A DNA stretch of 56,098 nucleotides, filler included, from Sphacelaria rigidula (taxonomy: Eukaryota): NCBI GenBank assembly GCA_964200075.2. It is 6 parts of 6 records of this genome, joined end to end, with 100 filler letters (N's around TTAATTAATTAA, not from the genome) between each part and the next. Parts side by side here need not be neighbours in the genome. Positions count along the whole stretch, not along the records: positions 46,833 to 56,098 come from CAXNAA020008884.1; 5 more parts are not named here. One strand, 5' to 3'. How positions within the stretch are numbered: the first letter of the stretch is position 1; each line of letters begins with the position of its first letter. The notes under the pieces are model-generated. The model did not search any database, had not been told where the DNA came from, and saw only the letters and a list, made by a program, of their open reading frames with translations. Positions 49,702-56,098 of this stretch are shown here, one piece after another. Position numbers and translations under genes: made by a program.

Positions 49702-49911
49702 ATGGACGAGGATGCTCTATTTGCTGAATTTTTGGGAGAGATCAAAAGCGTAGCTGTCACTTCGTCAACGGCCGATGGTGATGGTGGCAAGGACAACGAC
49801 AATGATGACGCGGCGTCGGTAGGAGAAAACGAGGATGCGGCGGCGGCGGCGGCGACGGCGGCCGCTGGCAACGGGGAGGATACCAACAAGCGAAAGGGTG
49901 ACGTTGTTCCG
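49702..49911 (+). CDS. First exon of an unidentified protein, divergent from the RWP-RK gene
   Basis: ATG at 49702, MDEDALFAEFLGEIKSV...EDTNKRKGDVVP, 70 codons, ending at a strong CCG|GTAAGC donor. GC-rich coding-like composition. Confidence 0.6.
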
Positions 49912-50900
49912 GTAAGCCTTATCGTGCGGTCCTTGCGTCGTAATCACCTCGTCGTCCTTCCTTTAGATGCCTCAAACTGTGCTGCAAACCACGCTCGAAG
50001 AGGAAAGACTGATCGTCCGGGCTCGAACCACAATTCTGCCCAAGTCAAGATTAATGAAGTGCACTGTCTGCACCACCCGGAGAATGCGGTACAGTGTGTA
50101 CCGCTCCGTGGCACTGGGAAATTGTAGCCCCACCAAGTCATTAGCCAGGGGTTAGGGGGGGATGGGCTTTTGCTTGTTATGCGTTGTTTTCCAAAAAAAA
50201 TATGCGTCTTGTTCAATAGGGGGTCATTTTTAAGCGGAACCCCGCCGAGGCGTTACAATTACTTGGTTTTAGTGCAGAAGACCGAAATACAATAACGCAT
50301 CATATGCGAATTATGCAACAATATAAGAAGCAAAAGCCTAAGGGCGGGGGGAGTAATACGCCGCGTACCCCGATACAGCACTGCACTGTAAGCACCGGCG
50401 TGTGGAGGAAAGCCAGAAACGCAATACGATCCCAATTTTTTGGGGGGTGTTATACTACGTTGGGCGTCATCCATTGTATGCAAACTGCTGTCCCATTTCC
50501 AACTCAAGTAGCTCTCTTGGAATCATTGATCGACAGGCCAGTTCATCAGTCGAATGGACAGGTTTTCAGTCCAAAGGAGAATGTCACGACCCAGATTTCT
50601 CGCCCTCCGGGTTCGGAGGGTTTACCCAGGAGAGATGACCCAGCCCGGCGGTCGACAGGGTTTAGCTCTTCTAGACGCGAGGTCAATTATGGAACGATAT
50701 CGTTAGGTGCCCTTTGAATCCTGTAGCTAAGCAGCGTTTCTCTGGTGCCAATATCACTCCCGATGACGATTTTCACGGTGATAACGTCGGAGGTCGACCG
50801 ATGACCGACGGTAGCATCGAAGTGCCAAGTCGACCTGGTGCGATGGAATATGTTGAAAATCGTCCGACTTCAGATGTTTTCAAGAAAACACGATCGAGTA

Positions 50901-53229
50901 CGAGCTGGGCCGGCCTAGACGCGAATTTGTGGGTCGCAGACCCCGTCTCAACTCAATTTTTGGGAGTTGGACTTTTAAAATTGATACTGAGAAAGAATAG
51001 GGCATACTAAAAAAGTGACAAGCACCGCATCGAGTTCTTTTGTTTTCTTTTCATGAGTTAGGCTACTTCTCATGTATAAAAAAATAAATCTTTTTGAAAA
51101 GTACATTTTCGACCCTTCTCAATCGTTTTTCGCCCGAAAAGAGGGCCAGGCGGATGCTGACACCTTGGAATGACTTGCTGCGCTCGTTGAGACCGTTCCA
51201 GAGGACCTTTGCGTTTTCCGTAGGTCACAGTTTTGTTTTTGACCAAACTTGCATTTTCAACCACATACGGTCAACTTATTAAAAAAACAGGGTGAAAACT
51301 GCCATTTTTCTGATAAGTCGACCGTTTGTTACTGAAAATGCAAGTTTGTTCAAGAGCAAAACTGCGACTTGCGGGAAACGCAAAGGTGCTCTAGAACGGT
51401 CTCAACGAGCAGAGCAAGTCCTTCAAAGGTGTCAACATCCGCCTGGCCCTATTTTCGGACGAAAAACGATGGAGAAGGGTCAAAAATACACTTTTCAACG
51501 AAATTTATTTCTTCATACAGTATCCTTCGTGGCAATAACAAGTACCTAGTTATCAGGAAAATGCTGTCACCTCACAAAAATACAAGAAAACTCAGGGTGC
51601 TGCTCAACTTTTTTTTAGCATGCCCTATTCTTTCTCCGTATCAAATTTGAAAGCCCAACTCCCAAAGTTGAGAGGAAACGGGACAAATTAGAAACCGGGC
51701 TGGGCAAAATTCGGAGCAATATCTTTCAGGCCTTTCACTGGCCGAGTTTTGGTTCTTGTCTTATGAATCTTTGTGTGGGACCTCGCGAGGCCATAACAAA
51801 CCAGAAAAAATGGGAAAGGTTGACATGTAAAGATTTTTTTTCACTTTCTCAGGACGTTTTAGTATAGTACAGACCATATCTTCACGAAAACGCCCATACC
51901 TCTCCAAGAAGAAGAAAATTGAAGGGCCCGTTTTTTTTTCGGCATGCCTCTGCGATTCTCCATTATAAGTTTCAAATCTCAAGCTATTAAATTCGAGCTG
52001 AAAAGCGAAGATGAGGTCCGAGAGCATTGCCCTTTGTCCCTGAAAACTCACCTAAAAGAATAAAACAAATGAAGAAAAAATGAAGAAAATGGAAAACGTT
52101 TTTATTCCATTATTCACTAGCGATTCTCCATATGGAATTTTCAAAGAACAACTCTCGAAGACTGAGACGCAATATCCAGATTTAGTGCACTGAGACTTTC
52201 TGCTCCAATTATGTTGATTTCAGTACGAAACCTTATGTGCGCCATATCTCGAGACAGATGGCGAATTAGGCAAAAGGGGGTATCGATCGTCTCCCCGTGC
52301 TCCAGAGAAGGTCCACACCAAAAATCGTGATCATCTGCTATATATATCGTTCGGGGTTTCATATAGAATTCAGAATGGACGCTACTGGTATCTCCGTAAG
52401 GTATAGGAATTACTTGACGTGGGATTTGATCAACGAGAAAGATTGGCTCAGACCTTTGAGCACATAGGCACCTTCCTCATGATCAGACGATTAACCCTTC
52501 TGGTACTGGCAATGAAAAAATGCTGATTTCGAGGTGCTGATTTTTAGAACAACGTATGGTTGATTGCTTGCAGCTTCCAAGGACAACTATTTTGCCCAAG
52601 GCGTGTTTTTCAGACCCGCGACAGCTTCAAACTGGCGGTGAATCGCGTAGATCCTGTATCGCACCTCGATCCTTCCACGTGTGGTAAGGGGATTTCTGTG
52701 TGCTCGGCCATACTACTTTGTGTCTGTGATGTGGCTTAGCACGCTTGCCAAGTGTCGGGTGGGTACGACCTCCGGACTGCAACACTGTGCCGCAGTGCCA
52801 CACGGGACTAAATATATAGAAAATATACAGGTGGTGCTGATTTTTGTTGCATGGAATTTAGAGGCCGCGGTGCTGGTTTTTGCTGTTTGCACAAAGTTGA
52901 AAATGCTTGACCCGTTGTGTCCTCTCATTCGATGGAATTAACCCGACTAACCCAATCGCACCGGGGCGACATTTTTGGTGCAAGCATGACGTAAACTATG
53001 TCGGTGGATTCTTCTGTGGCCTTCCACCGTTCAAGTGGTTGTTGTCGGTATTTTATTTTACCATATTTTCTTCTTTGTCGGCGCTTGAGATAATGAGGCG
53101 CCTGGACCGGGGGCGGGAGGGCAGGGTTGTCAAAGGGTTAATACAACATGCGGATCATGGACCAACTTGTCTGTGTCGATGAGATATTGCTTCAAGAGCT
53201 TAAATCCACGTGTAGCCCGGCCTAGCTCG
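50901..53229. mobile_element. Large non-autonomous mariner-like foldback element, copy 1
   Basis: TA|CGAGCTGGGCCGG ... CCGGCCTAGCTCG termini (1 mismatch). About 50940-51680 folds back on itself. 52141-52490 and 53142-53229 are the reverse complement of 54333-54790. Confidence 0.8.
52495..53137. mobile_element. piggyBac-like non-autonomous element nested in copy 1
   Basis: TTAA|CCCTT...AAGGG|TTAA. Removing it restores ...GACGA-TTAA-TACAACATGCGGATC, collinear with the uninterrupted paralogous site near 54406-54430. Confidence 0.8.
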
Positions 53230-54332
53230 TCGCAATTTTGGAGCCATGTGGAAGTAAGTCCCTTCATAGATCAGCTCTTTTTGGAGCCGTTCAGAATTTT
53301 GTTTTTGAAAAAATCAAACGTCTGCGAAAAGAACACTCTTGTGGAACAAAAGTCGTGACAAATTTCGAACAACAGTGCCGCCCAAAATTTTGAACGGGCC
53401 GTCAGCCTTGGCCAAGCGTTCAATGTCGGGTGACGATTGTGAACGCCTGGCCGAGATTCGAGGACCCGTTTAGAGTTCGGCGAAGAACTAAAATATAGCA
53501 AATGTCGTGTTTTACTGCACTTCAACGCACACGCACGCCGTCCCTCATGTGCTGTAGCTATCTCTGTGCGGTGGTGTGCTTAGACCTTTCGAAAATGGTT
53601 TCGTCTCCACGGGGATTGCCTGAGCTGCTGTACTGTTGTTGTGGTCCGCTCTGTACATAATAGTTTTAGTCGGCACGCAGTCCTATCATTTCAAAGTTAA
53701 AAATGCCGCCATGTGCCAGTCCTGCGCCAAAAAACCCCCGGAACATAATCTAAGCTCCCATCCCCTAGCGTACTTTTGCAACGCCCAACCTCAGATCCAG
53801 ATACATGAGCTTGTTGATTGTTGTTTGCATGACGTGTGGCCGAAGTTTCAGCGCCTTGCAGCAACGACAGCGCGCGTATGACCGTGCCTCCTGTGCTGAA
53901 TATCTGTACCGGTGGTACCGGAACGGCTTTTGTGTAGATGTCATTATCCAGAGGGTGTGCCAGCACTGATCTATGTTCGCCAGCACTACACTTTCCTAGG
54001 TGCTCATGATGTGGAGACGATTGCACCACCATGTCCACATATGTGGTCACTCACGGTGCACAGAATCTGGCTTGCGAGAGGGCCGTCTTGAGGGCGTTCC
54101 GAGGGTATCTCGGTATTCGGTCAGTTCATATTGCTCGGTGTCCGAAAGGAGCTGTTCACCTGTGCACATACTGCCTGTGTGATGTCCGACTAGTGCGCCA
54201 AGTTTCACGGGGATGACTCCACCCAAGTCGAGAAATTAACAAGCAGAGTTTCTGTCCAAAAGTCTAATGTTTTTTGTACGCGGGCCAACTACGGGTATTC
54301 ACAAATATAGTGCGGACATTCTGGTATATGTA

Positions 54333-56098
54333 CGAGCTGGGCCAGCCTAAACGCGGATTTATGCTCTCAAAGCAATATCTCATCGACACGGACGAGTTGG
54401 GCCGTGATCCGCATATCGTTTTGATCGTCCAACCAAGAGGGAGGTGCCCATCTGCTCAAAAATCTGAGCCAATTTTTTTCTCGTTGATTAAACCCCATGT
54501 CTAGTGATTCCTATACCGTATGAAGATAGCGTCCACACTAAAATGTATTTGAAACCCCGAACGATACAGTCAGCGGATGATGGCGATTTTTGGTGTGGAC
54601 CTTTTCTGGAGCACGGAGAGACCATCAATGCCCCTTACCTTCACCTAATTCGTTATCTATCCCGAGATATGGCGAACATAATGTTTTACACTAAAATCAA
54701 TAGGCACTATCGATGGATGCCCTCAATCTTGATATCGCGTCTCAGTTTTGAGAGTTGTACTCTGAAATTTCGAATGGAGAACCGATAGTGCATAATACAA
54801 CAAAAAATCAGCTTTTCCGCTTCGTTTTCGTTTTTTTTTTTTGTGTTTGTAGGGTAGTTTCGAGGAGAATTGAACATTGCTCCTAGACCTTTTCTCAATT
54901 CCTTAGCTCAATTTTTAGAGTTGTGATTTTCAACTTGGCATGAAGAACCACAGAGGTACGCCGAAAAAAATGGACTTTTTTTGGGAGAGGTTCGGGCGTT
55001 GTCTTAGAAAATGGTCGTTACCATACCAAAACGCCCTGAACCAACGAAAAAAATAAATCAAAACCAACCTGATCCATTTTCCTTGGTTCATCATGACCTA
55101 GCGAGGTCCCGCACAAGGTTTCAATACCCAAACACCAAACGCGGGCCGATAAACGGCCTGCAAAATACTGTTCTGAATTACCACCGGCCCGGGTTTTGTA
55201 AGGCGAAGTCGCAATTTTTACTTGGAGTTGGACCCTGAATTTTGGTATGAACAATTAACAGGGCATGGAAAAAAAGTTATTCCGGGCCCCAAAGTTTTTT
55301 TTTTTTCATGAGTTAGGCTACCTCTTATGTATAAAAAATTAAAACTTGTTGAAAAGTGCATTTTTGACCCTTCTCCATCGTTTTTCTCCCGAAGAGAGGG
55401 CTAGGCGGGTGTTGCCACCTTGGAATGACTTGCTCTACTCGCTGAGGCCGTTCCAAAGCACCTCTGCGTTTTCAGTAGGTCACGGTTTAGTTTTTGGCCG
55501 AACTTGCATTTTCAATAACAAGAGGTCAAGTTACCAAAAGAATGTCAGTTTTCCCCCTGTTTTTCGATGACTTGGCATTTTGTTATTGAAAGTATAAGTT
55601 TGGCCAAAAACGAAAGTGTGACCTGCGGGAAACGCAAAGGTGTTCTGGAACCGTCTCAGCGAGTAGAGCAAGTCATTTCAAGGTGTCAACATCTGTCTAG
55701 CCCTCTCTTGGGGGGGAAAAATGACGAGAAAGGGCCAAAAATGCACTTTTCAACAGGTTTAATTCTTTTGATACATAGAAAGTACCCTTAGGCTACTTCT
55801 TATGTATCGAAAAATGAATCTTGTTGAAAAGTGCATTGTTGACACTTTTTCATCGTTGCCCGAAAAGAGGGCCGGGGGGACGTTGACACCTTGGAATGAC
55901 TTGCTGTGCTCGTTGAGACCGTTCCAGAGCGCCTTTGCGTTTTCCGTAGGTCACGATTTTGCTTTTGACCAAACTTGCATTTTCAATAACAGACGGTCAA
56001 GCTATCAGAAAACAGGGGAAAATTGCCATTTTTCCAAGGGTCGGACAAGAAACGATTCGTCTGGAAATTACTTGATTTTAGTATGATGAATCGACTCG
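54333..56098. mobile_element. Second copy of the same foldback family, inverted relative to copy 1 and running off the window end
   Basis: TA|CGAGCTGGGCCAGCC start. Reverse-complement homology to 53229-51700. A module of about 220 bp is present three times in alternating orientation (about 55306-55530, 55585-55780 and 55788-56010). Confidence 0.8.

Noticed and set aside
53585-54260. Coding-like sequence between the two foldback copies as a gene or transposase
   Set aside because: Only short ORFs with stops and no motif I could recognise.

Overview
This is eukaryotic, intron-rich and transposon-rich DNA, most consistent with a brown alga or related photosynthetic stramenopile. That assignment is an inference from long GT-AG introns, an ASAFAP-type plastid presequence, RWP-RK and flagellar DRC11 genes, and TTAGGG repeats. 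The window is not one locus. It is six segments of 9267, 9267, 9266, 9266, 9266 and 9266 bp joined by identical 100-bp N44-TTAATTAATTAA-N44 spacers, so neighbourhood across gaps should not be interpreted. Segment 1 holds decayed Ty3/Gypsy retrotransposons whose RT has WVDD/WVDN in place of YxDD. Segment 2 holds three exons of a bacterial-type Na+/glutamate symporter (GltS family), nested MITEs and a hAT remnant. Segment 3 holds an AP-1 sigma gene, the first exon of a probable plastid-targeted protein and a tyrosine-recombinase remnant. Segment 4 holds an intact two-exon, 641-aa protein with pogo/CENP-B-type tandem HTH domains but no DDE domain; this probable domesticated transposase is the most interesting item. 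Segment 5 holds four exons of an IQCA1/DRC11-like AAA ATPase with a LINE and a Stowaway-like foldback in its introns. Segment 6 holds a divergent pair (RWP-RK gene and an unknown gene) and two inverted copies of a foldback DNA transposon, one carrying a TTAA-specific piggyBac-like insertion. No CRISPR array, rRNA or convincing tRNA gene was seen. All family assignments are from motif recognition by eye, not database searches.
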